In this document: positions 47,561 through 58,417 of the stretch, in pieces
Layout of the letters: every line of letters starts with the position of its first letter
Numbering within the stretch: the stretch's first letter is position 1
Assembly (NCBI GenBank): GCA_964583415.1
Contig: CAZOWJ010000002.1
Location: 35,365 to 99,364, forward strand
Length of the DNA: 64,000 nt
Direction of reading: 5' to 3'
Source of the DNA: an uncultured Desulfocapsaceae bacterium
GTDB lineage: Bacteria; Desulfobacterota; Desulfobulbia; Desulfobulbales; Desulfocapsaceae
The notes under the pieces: model-generated
What the model was told of the DNA's origin: nothing
Database searches by the model: none
Seen by the model: only the letters and a program-made list of their open reading frames with translations
Position numbers and translations under genes: made by a program

Positions 47561-49126
47561 ATGGATTTACTTAATCATCCTTCAATATTTGTTTTCTTGG
47601 GACTCCTGTTGGGAGTCGCCGTCGGGGGATTCCTGAGAAAACGCTTTGTTGAAGGGCATCGACAGAATATAAAGGATCAGGCAAAACAGCTGATAGAAAA
47701 TGCTATTGTTGAAGCTGAACAGCTGAAGAAGGAGGCACAGCTTCAGAGCAAGGAGGAGGCGTATCAGGTCAAACAGGCTGCTGAAGATGAGCTTAAATCG
47801 GATCGACGTGAGCTGAAGGATGAGCGAAATCAGCTTAACAAGAAACGGGAGATGCTGAAAAAAGAGTGGGATAGTTTTGATCGAAAACGTTCCGATCTGA
47901 AAACGGCTGAGGAGCAGTTGAAGAAAAAAGAGCGTGAGATAGACGAAAAGGATAAAGAAGTCGAAAACCTGGTTGGTAAACAGCGCTACGAATTATCACG
48001 AATCGCCGGTATCAGCCAGGAAGAGGCGAAGAAACTGTTGATGGACTCGTTGGAGAGTCAGGCCCGGATGGATGCAGCTAAGCGCCTCGCTCGTATCGAG
48101 AATGAAATGAAGATGGAGGCCGATCGCAAGGCAAAGAATATAATAGCCCTGGCCATTTCGCGATATGCCGGTGATTATGTTGCCGATAAAACCGTCTCAA
48201 TGGTGCCGTTGCCAAATGACGAGATGAAAGGGCGGATTATCGGTCGTGAGGGTAGAAACATCAGGGCAATTGAGGCCGCCACCGGAATTGATATCATCAT
48301 CGATGATACTCCCGAAGCAGTAATTCTGTCAGGGTTTAACCCAGTGAGAAGGGAGGTCGCCAGGCTAGCTCTTCATCAACTGATTTCAGACGGCCGCATT
48401 CACCCGGGGCGCATTGAAGAGGTCGTTGCCAAGGTGACCAAGGAGCTGGAGATTAGCATGCGTGAGGCTGGTGAGCAGGCTACATTTGACGTTGGCGCTC
48501 ACGGGGTGCACCTGGAGCTGATAAATATCCTCGGCCGTCTAAAATATCGTACCAGTTATGGACAAAACGTCTTGCAGCATTCTCTTGAAGTTGCATTTTT
48601 GTGCGGCATCATGGCTGCAGAGCTCGGGCTTGATGTCAAGCTGGCAAAACGTGCTGGTTTGCTTCATGATATCGGCAAGGCCGTGGATCATGAGGTGGAA
48701 GGATCACATGCTATCATTGGCCGAGATTTGGCCAAGAAATATGGAGAGCAGGAGGAGATTGCCTACGCCATCGGCGCACATCATGAGGACTTGCCTCAGC
48801 AATCTGTTCTGGACGTACTGGTTCAGTCAGCTGATGCACTTTCAGGGGCCAGGCCGGGAGCCAGAAAAGAGATGCTCCAGAGTTACGTGAAGCGGCTGGA
48901 GGATCTCGAAGCAATAGCCAACACCTTCGGCGGAGTAGAAAAATCGTATGCAATTCAGGCGGGAAGGGAACTGCGTATTATTGTCGATTCCGGGAAAATT
49001 GGAGACAGCGATGCTTTGTTAATGAGCCAGGATATTGCCAAATCTATTGAAGAAAAACTTACGTATCCAGGTCAGATACGGGTAACCGTCATCCGTGAAA
49101 CCAGAGCCGTTGAATTTGCCAAATAG
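47561..49126 (+). CDS. rny: Ribonuclease Y
   Basis: N-terminal TM, coiled coil, KH domain ([15 protein letters not shown]), and HD domain (LLHDIGKA). Confidence 0.9.
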   Translation: MDLLNHPSIFVFLGLLLGVAVGGFLRKRFVEGHRQNIKDQAKQLIENAIVEAEQLKKEAQLQSKEEAYQVKQAAEDELKSDRRELKDERNQLNKKREMLKKEWDSFDRKRSDLKTAEEQLKKKEREIDEKDKEVENLVGKQRYELSRIAGISQEEAKKLLMDSLESQARMDAAKRLARIENEMKMEADRKAKNIIALAISRYAGDYVADKTVSMVPLPNDEMKGRIIGREGRNIRAIEAATGIDIIIDDTPEAVILSGFNPVRREVARLALHQLISDGRIHPGRIEEVVAKVTKELEISMREAGEQATFDVGAHGVHLELINILGRLKYRTSYGQNVLQHSLEVAFLCGIMAAELGLDVKLAKRAGLLHDIGKAVDHEVEGSHAIIGRDLAKKYGEQEEIAYAIGAHHEDLPQQSVLDVLVQSADALSGARPGARKEMLQSYVKRLEDLEAIANTFGGVEKSYAIQAGRELRIIVDSGKIGDSDALLMSQDIAKSIEEKLTYPGQIRVTVIRETRAVEFAK

Positions 49127-49162
49127 CTTAGTACTGGATTTTGAGAGGACAGTTAGAAGAAT

Positions 49163-50374
49163 ATGATTGGAGTTGACGAACAGATCGAATTGATAGAGCG
49201 GGGTGTGGTCGATTGCATCTCCCGCGAAGAATTAGTTAAGAAACTGGAGCGATCCCGTGAGACCGGAGTTCCGTTAAAGATTAAGGCAGGGTTTGACCCA
49301 ACAGCTCCCGACCTGCATCTCGGGCACACTGTCTTACTCCAGAAGCTCAAACATTTCCAGGAGCTGGGACATGATGTTTATTTTTTGATCGGTGACTTTA
49401 CCGGTCTTATAGGTGATCCCACCGGCAAATCTGAGACCCGAAAACCACTTACGCGGGAAGATATTGCCAGAAATGCTGAGACCTATAAAGAACAGGTATT
49501 TAAAATTCTCGACCCCTACAAGACAAAGATTGCCTTTAACAGTGAGTGGCTTGGTAAACTGGACTCTTTTGAAATGATCAGGTTAGCCTCTGAACTGACC
49601 GTTGCCCGAATGCTTGAGCGGGATGATTTTAAAAATCGTTTTGAAAACGGCAAACCAATTTCCATCCATGAATTTCTCTATCCGCTTATTCAGGGCTATG
49701 ACTCTGTTGCCATGGAAGCGGACGTTGAGCTGGGCGGAACAGATCAGTTGTTTAATGTGCTGATGGGCAGAGATATGCAGCGCTCAAGAAATCAGGAACC
49801 GCAAATCGTTCTGACCCTGCCCCTCCTTGAAGGGTTGGATGGCGTCAACAAGATGAGTAAATCTCTCCGGAATTATATTGGTATCACTGATCCTGCCAAC
49901 GAAATCTATGGCAAGGTCATGTCGATTTCAGACAGTCTGATGTATCGATATTATGAACTGCTCAGCGACCTTTCTACTCCCGAAATAGCCCAATTAAAAG
50001 AAGACGTAGAAGGTGGGAAGCTTCATCCCAAAGCCGTTAAACAAATGCTTGCCAGAGAACTTACCGCCCGTTTTCATTCAGATGAGGCAGCGCTTCAGGC
50101 GGAACAGAATTTTGATAATGTATTTGCCAGGAACAGTCTCCCGGATGACCTCAAGGAATATGTTGTGCAGGGCTCCGAAGCAATCTGGCTGCCGAAACTG
50201 CTTGCTAAAGCAGAGCTGGTGAACTCTACCTCCGATGGCAGACGTATGATCAAGCAGAGTGCAGTCAGTATTGATGGTGAGAAGATAACCGATGTTGATT
50301 ACAAGGTTCAACCGGAAGGACAGATAATTCTAAAAGTAGGGAAGAGGCGGTTCTGCAAGGTTGTTTTCGATTGA
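49163..50374 (+). CDS. tyrS: Tyrosine--tRNA ligase (type 2, with C-terminal S4 domain)
   Basis: HIGH motif DLHLGH and KMSKS motif KMSKSL. Confidence 0.9.
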   Translation: MIGVDEQIELIERGVVDCISREELVKKLERSRETGVPLKIKAGFDPTAPDLHLGHTVLLQKLKHFQELGHDVYFLIGDFTGLIGDPTGKSETRKPLTREDIARNAETYKEQVFKILDPYKTKIAFNSEWLGKLDSFEMIRLASELTVARMLERDDFKNRFENGKPISIHEFLYPLIQGYDSVAMEADVELGGTDQLFNVLMGRDMQRSRNQEPQIVLTLPLLEGLDGVNKMSKSLRNYIGITDPANEIYGKVMSISDSLMYRYYELLSDLSTPEIAQLKEDVEGGKLHPKAVKQMLARELTARFHSDEAALQAEQNFDNVFARNSLPDDLKEYVVQGSEAIWLPKLLAKAELVNSTSDGRRMIKQSAVSIDGEKITDVDYKVQPEGQIILKVGKRRFCKVVFD

Positions 50375-50404
50375 ATTCGTTATCTGAAAACGAGTTATCC
50401 ACTA

Positions 50405-50453
50405 AAACAACAAGAGCCCTTATCCTGAAGCAGGATAAGGGCTCTTGTTGTTT
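50405..50453. terminator. Bidirectional terminator between convergent tyrS and the fur-family gene
   Basis: 23-bp perfect stem AAACAACAAGAGCCCTTATCCTG / CAGGATAAGGGCTCTTGTTGTTT flanked by an A-run and a T-run. Confidence 0.85.
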
Positions 50454-50471
50454 CTTTATTTAACGTAACTA

Positions 50472-50897
50472 TCAGTTTACTGAAGCATGCTGCAACGTCG
50501 AGCTGCATTGGTCACAGGTTCCCGAAAACTCTATGTGATGGCTGAATACCTGGTAGCTGGTATTTTCTGAGGCAGCCTCGTTGATCTGGTGCTGCACGGG
50601 TAGTTCAATGTCATCCACCCTGCCGCAATCCATACAGCGAATATGGTAATGAAGCTCAGTGGTTGCATCGAAGCGTTTCTGGGTTCCCCCGACTTCAAGT
50701 TTTAATATTATACCGCTTTCTGCCATCAGCTCAAGATTCCGATATACCGTACCCAAGCCAATACGCGGTAATCGTTTACGAACCATATCATAAACTTCAT
50801 TGGCCGTTGGGTGAGATTTGACGTTACTCAACTCCTCCAGAATAATCTGACGCTGGGTGGTAAGTCTCATGTTTGGCAGTTCAACAATCTGATTCAT
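50472..50897 (-). CDS. Fur-family metalloregulator (PerR/Zur/Fur type)
   Basis: TTQRQIILEEL..HPTANEVYDMVRKRLPRIGLGTVYRNLELM and two CxxC pairs (CMDC, CDQC). Confidence 0.85.
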   Translation of the reverse strand: MNQIVELPNMRLTTQRQIILEELSNVKSHPTANEVYDMVRKRLPRIGLGTVYRNLELMAESGIILKLEVGGTQKRFDATTELHYHIRCMDCGRVDDIELPVQHQINEAASENTSYQVFSHHIEFSGTCDQCSSTLQHASVN

Positions 50898-51048
50898 AAG
50901 CTGTTCCTATGTTTTAACAATAAATAATAAAGCTTCTCAATACCTATCATATAAAACTGCCAGAAAATTACAATTAAAAAAAGGGAATTAAAGAATTAGC
51001 AGCTATCGGAAGAGCAGAACTTTTGTTGCAGACAGGTGCGGCTATCAT

Positions 51049-52350
51049 TCATGGGGAACAAAGGAAGTCTGGTAAGTAAGGGTTATAGTAGCCGAATCTG
51101 AGTTTAGGGAACTGTTTTTTGAGACGCTGCAACCAGGCTCTTATACCATATCGTCCAGGATCTCCGGAAAGTTCGAGACTGTTTCTATACCAGTCCGGGT
51201 CTATGTTAAGATTACGAAGCTGTATGAAGTCCGGGCCGGTTTTTTCTACCAATGTGCAGAGTGCTTCGGTTTCATCGGTGGAATCGGTAAAACCCGGAAG
51301 TATGAAATAGTTAATCGAGACAAATTTACCGGCTGATTTCATCGTTTTTATAGAATCCAGGACGTCTTGGAAACGATAATTTTGGGGGCGAAAATAGCGG
51401 TTGTAGCACATTTCCTGCGCTGAATTAATGCTTACCCTTATACTGTCCAGTCCGATGGCCGCAAGGCGTCCGACTGAATCCGGCAGACTGGCATTGGTGT
51501 TCAGGTTGATGGTTCCCGATGAGGTATTTTTACGAATTAAGCTGATTGATTGTTCAATCAGGCTTGCTTGCAACAGTGGTTCTCCTTCACATCCCTGGCC
51601 GAAACTGACTACTGGTCTCTGGGCATTGGTTAAATGAGGTATTGCAATCTCGGCGATTTCCTGGGCAGACGGTACAAAGTTTATACGCTCTTGTGTTGAT
51701 GAGCAGCAGCCTGAAGGCTGGAGTGATATACAGCCCAGGCAGCGGGCGTTGCAGGATGGCGAAGAGGGCAGGGGAGCTTCCCAGCGGCCCATGAAGTAAT
51801 TTCTAGCGGCCGGGCAATTGTATGTCAAACAACATTTTCCCAGATGTTGAATGAGTCTGTTGTTCCTGTATTTGGCAAGCTTCCTGCGGGTTTTTTTATT
51901 GATTGCCGACTGTTTAAAGTGCTGATAGTCCTGGCGTTGGTCCCTGTCACTGCGAAACCCGGCGACCCAGAATTTTCCGTCATACCAGCCAACAGCCGTG
52001 TAGGCAAACAGCGGCAGCAGAACCGGGTTTTCAATTGCCTGATATGCCGCAGAAAAAATAGCAGTATGGGCGGGAGCCATGAACGCTGCAACGCCATTGA
52101 TTTTTTCTCCGGGGTGTTCAGGGTTCTCGTGAAGCAGCAGCGGCTCTCCGGTTATCGGATCTGTTCCCATGGGGACTCGATCCGGGAGGGTGAACAGTTC
52201 ACTGCCCTCCGGAAGGGGAATCAGATCCTGGAGTTCAGGCTTGCTGAATAAGCCATTGGCTGCTCCGGCCATTTTGAGCTCGGGAAAATCACAGATATTT
52301 CCCCGCTCGTCAGCATAGACGAGCGAGGGTAAAACTTCCGGATGGATCAC
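51049..52350 (-). CDS. Radical SAM protein with a ~190-aa N-terminal domain of unknown function
   Basis: CNARCLGC (CxxxCxxC) in the middle of the protein. 433 aa. Confidence 0.8.
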   Translation of the reverse strand: MIHPEVLPSLVYADERGNICDFPELKMAGAANGLFSKPELQDLIPLPEGSELFTLPDRVPMGTDPITGEPLLLHENPEHPGEKINGVAAFMAPAHTAIFSAAYQAIENPVLLPLFAYTAVGWYDGKFWVAGFRSDRDQRQDYQHFKQSAINKKTRRKLAKYRNNRLIQHLGKCCLTYNCPAARNYFMGRWEAPLPSSPSCNARCLGCISLQPSGCCSSTQERINFVPSAQEIAEIAIPHLTNAQRPVVSFGQGCEGEPLLQASLIEQSISLIRKNTSSGTINLNTNASLPDSVGRLAAIGLDSIRVSINSAQEMCYNRYFRPQNYRFQDVLDSIKTMKSAGKFVSINYFILPGFTDSTDETEALCTLVEKTGPDFIQLRNLNIDPDWYRNSLELSGDPGRYGIRAWLQRLKKQFPKLRFGYYNPYLPDFLCSP

Positions 52351-52772
52351 TGCGGCCTGAGGACTTTGGTTATCGAGTCAACCGCTCGATAGATATCAAG
52401 GTCTTCCCCGTAAATATCCTGTATATCCTGGTGATTGACAAGATCTTCAACGATATACTGGGTCAGGTAAAGAGAGACTATGTTTGCGTCCTGGACTAAT
52501 GTTCTTACCGGGGCCAGCTTCAGCTGCAGATCAAAGTCCTCCATCATTGCCAATGATTTCAATTGTTTTTCAAAGGCACTGCGCATTGATTCGACAGATG
52601 TGGTTTCGATGATGTTCTTGTCAATGAGTCTCTGGACCAATTTTATTGCCAGCATCTCAGCATGATCCCTGGAATGTATGAACATCCTTTTTCGTTCCTG
52701 CTCGCGTTTCCGGTCTATTGCACGCACAGTTTTATCCGTGGCGCGATTTGGATTAATATGCATCTTGGCCAT
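52347..52772 (-). CDS. Small helical protein (DUF507-like by recollection), translationally coupled to the radical SAM gene
   Basis: A 4-nt overlap joins it to the downstream radical SAM ORF. The sequence is a charged helical repeat. Confidence 0.45.
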   Translation of the reverse strand: MAKMHINPNRATDKTVRAIDRKREQERKRMFIHSRDHAEMLAIKLVQRLIDKNIIETTSVESMRSAFEKQLKSLAMMEDFDLQLKLAPVRTLVQDANIVSLYLTQYIVEDLVNHQDIQDIYGEDLDIYRAVDSITKVLRPQ

Positions 52773-53274
52773 ATATTTCTCCCGGGTATTGCCTCACTGA
52801 CAGGAGCGGCTATTTTCAGGGGCAATGAAATCTTAAAGAAACTGTATTGTTAATTGTTCGTGTACCGCCAGTCGTTATCACACTTTTGGGTTAGTTCTCA
52901 CGAGGGAACAGCACCTTGCCTTAAAGGATACTGAAACCTTATTACTTTATACCGAAACATCAATTATCACTATAGTAAACTTTCATTGTACAGCAGATCT
53001 CTAGAAATATTGCTCATAAAATGGAGGATTTTAGTGTGGGTTTATTGCTGAAAAACTGCCGTTTCTTGACTGTTTTTCCGGGATTTAACCGGTAGCCTCA
53101 GTTATTTGGTTCTGCAGCTGGTATTATCTAAAATATTTCTTGTATTTGCTATCATTTCTTCTATATTTATGATTTCTATAAAGTAGACTCTGAATAAAAT
53201 TTTAATTCGGAGGCGTAGCGTGTTTGATTATTCCCTGTCGCCAGAGACATTTAATTAAAATGGAGGTTTTCATT

Positions 53275-53790
53275 ATGTTAAGTAGAATCCAGGCTCTGTT
53301 GCCTGCATTGTTAATCCTTAGTCTTGTAACTTTTTCCGGCTGTGCTAAAAAAGAGGCTGATGAAGCTATGAAGCCGGGAACAGATAGCGGAGCAATGGGT
53401 AAGGAAGAGCCTCTGGAGTCCAAGGATACTATAGGAATTTCCGAGGGCCGTACCTCTGATGGAATGCTTCCGGTCTATTTCGACTTTGACACCTCAGAAA
53501 TCCGCGAAGATCAGGTCTCCCGTATCGAAGTAAATGGTGATTTCTTAAAGAAGAATGCTGCACTCGGTATCAGAATTGAGGGCAACTGCGATCCTCGCGG
53601 CACCAAGGAGTATAATATGGCACTCGGCGAGAGACGCGCCCAGAGTGCAAAAAAGTATCTGGAGAATCTTGGTATCAGCGAGGCCAGGATGTCCACCATT
53701 AGTTACGGTAAGGAGCGGCTGCTCCTGCATGGTCAGGACGAACTTTCCTGGGCACAGAACAGGCGGGATGATTTCGTCATTGTTAAATGA
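53275..53790 (+). CDS. pal: Peptidoglycan-associated lipoprotein (OmpA-like domain)
   Basis: Lipobox VTFSGC. VYFDFDTSEIR..., EGNCDPRGTKEYNMALGERRA and NRRDDFVIV. Confidence 0.85.
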   Translation: MLSRIQALLPALLILSLVTFSGCAKKEADEAMKPGTDSGAMGKEEPLESKDTIGISEGRTSDGMLPVYFDFDTSEIREDQVSRIEVNGDFLKKNAALGIRIEGNCDPRGTKEYNMALGERRAQSAKKYLENLGISEARMSTISYGKERLLLHGQDELSWAQNRRDDFVIVK

Positions 53791-53828
53791 TAGTCAAGCG
53801 TTAACAATCAGTCAGGAAGTGATTTTAC

Positions 53829-53862
53829 TATGCGGACCTTTCGGGTCCGCATAATTTTTTTT
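53829..53862 (+). terminator. Rho-independent terminator after pal
   Basis: TATGCGGACC-TTTCG-GGTCCGCATA followed by a T-run. Confidence 0.75.
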
Positions 53863-53874
53863 AAAGGAGTATCC

Positions 53875-54411
53875 ATGTTCAGATCAAAAGTAATTATAAT
53901 CCTTTTGTCACTGTTCTGTTTCGGTGTTTCTGTCGTTACCGCGAGCTCTGTGCTTGCAGCGGACATGAAAATCGGAGTGATGAATGTTCAGAAAGTTCTG
54001 ACCTCATCTGTTGCAGGAAAGGCTGCAAAAGTGAAGTTTGATGCAAAAATGAAAGAACTTCAGGACAAATTTAAGGCCGAGGAAGAGGCTCTCCTGGCTA
54101 TGCAGAAAGATATTGAGAAAAAGAGCAGTGCCTGGAGCGAGGAGACCAAACAGGAAAAAGTCCTTGAATTTCAGAAAAGGCGACGCGAATTGCAGGCCAA
54201 ATCTGAGGATGCCCGATTCGAATTAAAAGGTCTCCAGGATAAAGAGCTGGCTCCGATCCTCAAAGCTCTTGAAAAAGTTGTTGATACCTACGGTTCTGCA
54301 AATGGTTATACCGTAATTCTTGATGCCAAAAATCACGTTATTTACTTTGACCAAAGTATCGATGTCAGTGATAAACTGATTGTTGAGTTAGATGCTGCCA
54401 TGGCAAAATAG
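53875..54411 (+). CDS. skp: Periplasmic chaperone Skp/OmpH
   Basis: Signal peptide. KIGVMNVQKVL and a long Lys/Glu coiled arm. RBS AAGGAG. Confidence 0.8.
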   Translation: MFRSKVIIILLSLFCFGVSVVTASSVLAADMKIGVMNVQKVLTSSVAGKAAKVKFDAKMKELQDKFKAEEEALLAMQKDIEKKSSAWSEETKQEKVLEFQKRRRELQAKSEDARFELKGLQDKELAPILKALEKVVDTYGSANGYTVILDAKNHVIYFDQSIDVSDKLIVELDAAMAK

Positions 54412-54534
54412 CAGCAGTTTCTTTGTTCAGCAGGTTGGGCACGGTTTTGTGAACGGTGCATGGGGGGTGGTATCCTGTGCATCGTTTTTTTTTCATTTGA
54501 TCAATGACTGTTAACTGGACAGCTATAGGACATC

Positions 54535-55416
54535 ATGACACTTAAAAGTATGACCGGCTATGGTCGCGGGGAAGCTGAGAAACAGGGACGAATCTTCTGT
54601 GTTGAGGTGCGGTGTGTTAATAATCGCTACCTTGACGCAAAAATAAAAGTGCCTCGAGACTATTCAATGCTCGAAGATCCAATCAGAAAACTGATATCCA
54701 CTTTTCATCAGCGAGGGCGCGTTGATCTCTCCCTTACCGTCACCGGTGATTTTTCAGATCTTGTAGACGTCTGGGTAAACACGGGTGTTGCCAGAGCCTA
54801 TAAGGATTCGCTGGTAAACCTGGCTGAGACCCTCGGCATTGAAAGTGATTTGAGTCTGGCCCAGTTTGCTCAACTGCCAGATGTGCTTGTGCGTGAACAG
54901 AGAGCTGAAGATATCGATGAATTGAAGTCATCTGTGGAAGCTGCAGTTCAAGATGCCCTGCAAAGCTGTGATGAAATGCGGATGCGTGAGGCTGCTGCAC
55001 TGGTTGACGACTTAGCCGGTCGACTGACTTCATTTTCAGCTGTTCTGGATGAGGTGGAAAAGAGGATTCCCGAGCTGATTCAGCAGCGCCAGACCTCATT
55101 GCAGGAACGGCTTCAGAAATTGCTTGGGAGTGTCGACCTCGATCCGATGAGGCTTGCCCAGGAGGTCGCTGTCATTGCTGATAAAACAGATGTGACAGAG
55201 GAGCTGGTGAGATTGAGGAGCCATATTGGTCAGTTTGAAGAAATGCTTCAGACATCAGGTGCTGTCGGTCGTAAACTGGATTTTCTGATCCAGGAGTTCT
55301 TACGGGAAGTTAACACCATGGCTTCTAAGATCAATGATGCCGATATTGCCCACATGACGGTAGGTCTGAAAAGTGAGCTCGAGAAAATGAGGGAACAGGT
55401 ACAAAATATCGAATAG
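54535..55416 (+). CDS. yicC: YicC-family stress-induced protein
   Basis: N-terminal SMTGYGRGE and C-terminal REVNTMASK...EKMREQVQNIE. Confidence 0.85.
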   Translation: MTLKSMTGYGRGEAEKQGRIFCVEVRCVNNRYLDAKIKVPRDYSMLEDPIRKLISTFHQRGRVDLSLTVTGDFSDLVDVWVNTGVARAYKDSLVNLAETLGIESDLSLAQFAQLPDVLVREQRAEDIDELKSSVEAAVQDALQSCDEMRMREAAALVDDLAGRLTSFSAVLDEVEKRIPELIQQRQTSLQERLQKLLGSVDLDPMRLAQEVAVIADKTDVTEELVRLRSHIGQFEEMLQTSGAVGRKLDFLIQEFLREVNTMASKINDADIAHMTVGLKSELEKMREQVQNIE

Positions 55417-55454
55417 CCGCATGTTATTCTGAATTTTAATGGAGTAGATCATTT

Positions 55455-55757
55455 ATGCAGTTACTCAATGTTGGTTTCGGCAATACGCTCATGGTGGATA
55501 GGGTTTTAGCTGTAATCAATACCGGCTCTTCTCCTTCACGAAAAATTAAAGAACTGGCTAAAAAAGCTGAACGGTTAATAGATGTTACTGAAGGGAGACG
55601 AACACGCTCAATCATTGTGATGGATTCAAATCATGTGGTTCTGTCATCTGTACAGCCTGACACTATTGCCCAGAGGATTGCAGCACTGCAACCGGGGCAC
55701 CACCTGGATGAGTACAGGGACCTGATGAAAGGAGATCGGGGCGAGGATAGAAAATGA
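55455..55757 (+). CDS. remA: RemA/DUF370 family protein
   Basis: LLNVGFGN.....RVLAV....SSP.+++...A.....LIDVT.GRRTRS+IVMDSNHVVLS. Confidence 0.85.
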   Translation: MQLLNVGFGNTLMVDRVLAVINTGSSPSRKIKELAKKAERLIDVTEGRRTRSIIVMDSNHVVLSSVQPDTIAQRIAALQPGHHLDEYRDLMKGDRGEDRK

Positions 55758-56365
55758 GTGGCAAGCTCTTCATAATATCAGCACCATCGGGCACCGGTAA
55801 GACGTCATTGCTGGAGATTGTCATGTCAGTGGTTGAACGACTCGTTTTTTCGGTTTCTCATACCACGAGACCGCCCCGTGAAGGGGAGCGTAATGGCAAA
55901 GAATATTATTTTGTGGCCAAAGAAGAATTTCAGCAGATGATAGCAGCCGGAGAATTCCTTGAGTGGGCTATGGTTCACGATAATTATTATGGTACCGCAT
56001 TGTCGCCACTCTCTCACCAGCTTGAACAGAACCGGGATGTACTTCTGGATATTGATGTCCAGGGTGCAGAGATAATTCGCAGGGATGGCAGACTTCCGGC
56101 ATCTCATATATTCATTGCACCGCCTGACATGGCAGAGCTCGAACGTCGGTTAAGGGGACGTGCAACAGAAGAAGAGCAAACGATCCAGAAACGGTTGCAA
56201 AATGCTCACAGCGAGATGGTCCATTGTGAAGAATATGACTACTTCATCATTAATGACAATCTTCAGCGCGCAGCTGGATTGGTCAGCTCAATTATTTACG
56301 CAGAGCGGGCCCGCGGTCGAAGGACAGCCCGGGGTTTGCCGGTTGATGTGGGGATGATCAGGTGA
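55754..56365 (+). CDS. gmk: Guanylate kinase
   Basis: P-loop SAPSGTGKTS, then SHTTRPPREGE.NG.EYYFV. Confidence 0.9.
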   Translation: MSGKLFIISAPSGTGKTSLLEIVMSVVERLVFSVSHTTRPPREGERNGKEYYFVAKEEFQQMIAAGEFLEWAMVHDNYYGTALSPLSHQLEQNRDVLLDIDVQGAEIIRRDGRLPASHIFIAPPDMAELERRLRGRATEEEQTIQKRLQNAHSEMVHCEEYDYFIINDNLQRAAGLVSSIIYAERARGRRTARGLPVDVGMIR

Positions 56366-57180
56366 AGGAAGAGAATAAAAACAGGGCAGGCAGGCAGGAG
56401 CGTAAGATTCGCTTCAGCGACGATTTGATCTGGGGTATACACCCTGTGATCGAGGCCTTGCAGGCTGATGAGCAGCGGGTAACGGAGGTGATCCTTCAGA
56501 AGGATAAGCGGGGAAGCAGTTGGGAAGCGCTGCTTGAACTGGTAAAAAAAACGGGCATAAAATATAGCTTCGTTGAACGAATCAGCATAACAGAATCCCC
56601 CGAGGCAGTGATAAAACATCAGGGGGTTGTGGCACGGGTAACCCCTGTACCGTTGATGCCGTTTGATGAATTACTTGCTCAATTTTCAGCCGCTGTGCAA
56701 AGAGGCGAAAACCCACGTATCATTGCCTGTGATTCCATTCAGGATCCCCATAACCTTGGAGCAATTATCCGTTCTGCTCACGCCGCCGGGGTAAATCGGA
56801 TAGTGCTGCCTCGTGAGCGCTCAGCACCGCTCGGTGGCACGGCGGCAAAAGCCTCAGCCGGTGCCATATCACGGGTCGATATCTGTCAGGTGATAAATCT
56901 CTCTCAGGCACTGAATGCAATAAAGGAGGCTGGCGGATGGATTTTCGGTGCGGTAAAAGAGGAGAATTGCCAGTCCATTTATGAGACTGATTTCAATATT
57001 CCCGCATGTGTCGTAATCGGTAATGAAGGGCAGGGGATCAGGCCGCTGGTGCGCAAAAATTGTGATGTGTTAATTTCCATCCCTATGGCTGGGACGCTTG
57101 ACTCACTGAACAGTTCTGTTGCCGGCGCTGTTATCATGTTTGAGATGCACCGGCAACTGCTTGCAAGCAAAGAGATTTAA
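56362..57180 (+). CDS. rlmB: 23S rRNA (Gm2251) 2'-O-methyltransferase, SpoU/TrmH family
   Basis: Motifs IWGIHPVIEAL, DPHNLGAIIRSA, VIGNEGQGIR and SLNSSVAGAV. Confidence 0.85.
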   Translation: MKEENKNRAGRQERKIRFSDDLIWGIHPVIEALQADEQRVTEVILQKDKRGSSWEALLELVKKTGIKYSFVERISITESPEAVIKHQGVVARVTPVPLMPFDELLAQFSAAVQRGENPRIIACDSIQDPHNLGAIIRSAHAAGVNRIVLPRERSAPLGGTAAKASAGAISRVDICQVINLSQALNAIKEAGGWIFGAVKEENCQSIYETDFNIPACVVIGNEGQGIRPLVRKNCDVLISIPMAGTLDSLNSSVAGAVIMFEMHRQLLASKEI

Positions 57181-58379
57181 CGTTTTTTCTGGTCCAGTTT
57201 CGCCTTTAACAGAGTTCCCAGAGATCCCATCGACCCTTTGCCCTCTTTGGAATCTTTGCTTGAGTTCAGGTAGCTTGAAAAATCCTTTCGCTCCTTGTCT
57301 GACTTGTCTTCGGCAGACTCATAGTCGGACGGCGCCAGCGATATTCTCTTGTTCTCCAGGTCTATCGATTCAATGAGGACTTCGATGTCCTGTCCTTCCT
57401 CCACAGCTTCCCGTGGGTGATTGAGCCTTCTCCCCTGTCCCAGTTTGGAGATGTGTACGAGTCCGTCTATGCCGGGTGCCAGGTTCACAAATGCTCCGAA
57501 GGGTGCAAGCCTGTTAACGGTTCCCACATGGCTGCTACCTTCTTGAAATGAGCTTGTTGCCGATTCCCATGGATCTTCCAGAGTTTCTTTGATCGACAGG
57601 CTGATTCGGTCCTTTTCCCAGTCGAGACTTTTGATCATGACTTTTACCTGCTGGCCGGCATGAAATGTCTCCGCCAGGTCCTCAATGCGGCTCCACCCCA
57701 CCTCCGAAATGGGAACCAGTCCATCTACGCCGCCGATATCGACAAAAAGACCAAAAGAACGGATTGAGGAGATAGTCCCCTCAACGGCCATTCCTTCTGT
57801 CAGCGTTTCCTGGAGTTCTTCTTTTCTCTGCTGCTGTTCTTCTTCAAGCAATGCCCGTGCCGAAATGACTATATTCCTGCCATTTTCGCTGTACTGGGTG
57901 ATGAGAAATGTCCTTTGACTATTGAGATATTCCTTGGCTGGATCTTCCACGCGCCTGAGTCCCATTTGTGAATAAGGGCAAAATGCGCGGATATTTCCGG
58001 ATAATGTTACTTCAAAACCACCTTTTATCTCAGCCTTTACCGTTCCCTCAACGGGCACACCGCCGCGCCAGGCTTCCTCAAGGTGTGCACTGCTGGCTCC
58101 TGACCCGAGCCTGGAAGTGAACAATTGTTCAGATCTGCCTGACTTGAGATAATATACGGAGAGAGTGTCTCCGATTTTAACGGTGAGCGCTCCGCTTTTA
58201 TCGGTAAATTCCGAAGCGTTGATTATTCCTTCACTTTTCAATCCTACATCCAGAAAGATGGTTTCGCCATCCACTCCAACGATGGTGGCTGTGGTTTTCT
58301 GGCCTGGAGATAATCTGCGTACCGGCTTTTTCTCACTGGCGTTTAAAAGCGCTTCAAAGCTGTCGTTATCAGAAGTCAT
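57177..58379 (-). CDS. S1 RNA-binding-domain repeat protein
   Basis: At least four S1 repeats (G..V.G.V......G.FV). Confidence 0.8.
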   Translation of the reverse strand: MTSDNDSFEALLNASEKKPVRRLSPGQKTTATIVGVDGETIFLDVGLKSEGIINASEFTDKSGALTVKIGDTLSVYYLKSGRSEQLFTSRLGSGASSAHLEEAWRGGVPVEGTVKAEIKGGFEVTLSGNIRAFCPYSQMGLRRVEDPAKEYLNSQRTFLITQYSENGRNIVISARALLEEEQQQRKEELQETLTEGMAVEGTISSIRSFGLFVDIGGVDGLVPISEVGWSRIEDLAETFHAGQQVKVMIKSLDWEKDRISLSIKETLEDPWESATSSFQEGSSHVGTVNRLAPFGAFVNLAPGIDGLVHISKLGQGRRLNHPREAVEEGQDIEVLIESIDLENKRISLAPSDYESAEDKSDKERKDFSSYLNSSKDSKEGKGSMGSLGTLLKAKLDQKKR

Positions 58380-58417
58380 GTGGGGATAATCCTGTTGTTA
58401 GGTTTAGAGTCTTTTGG

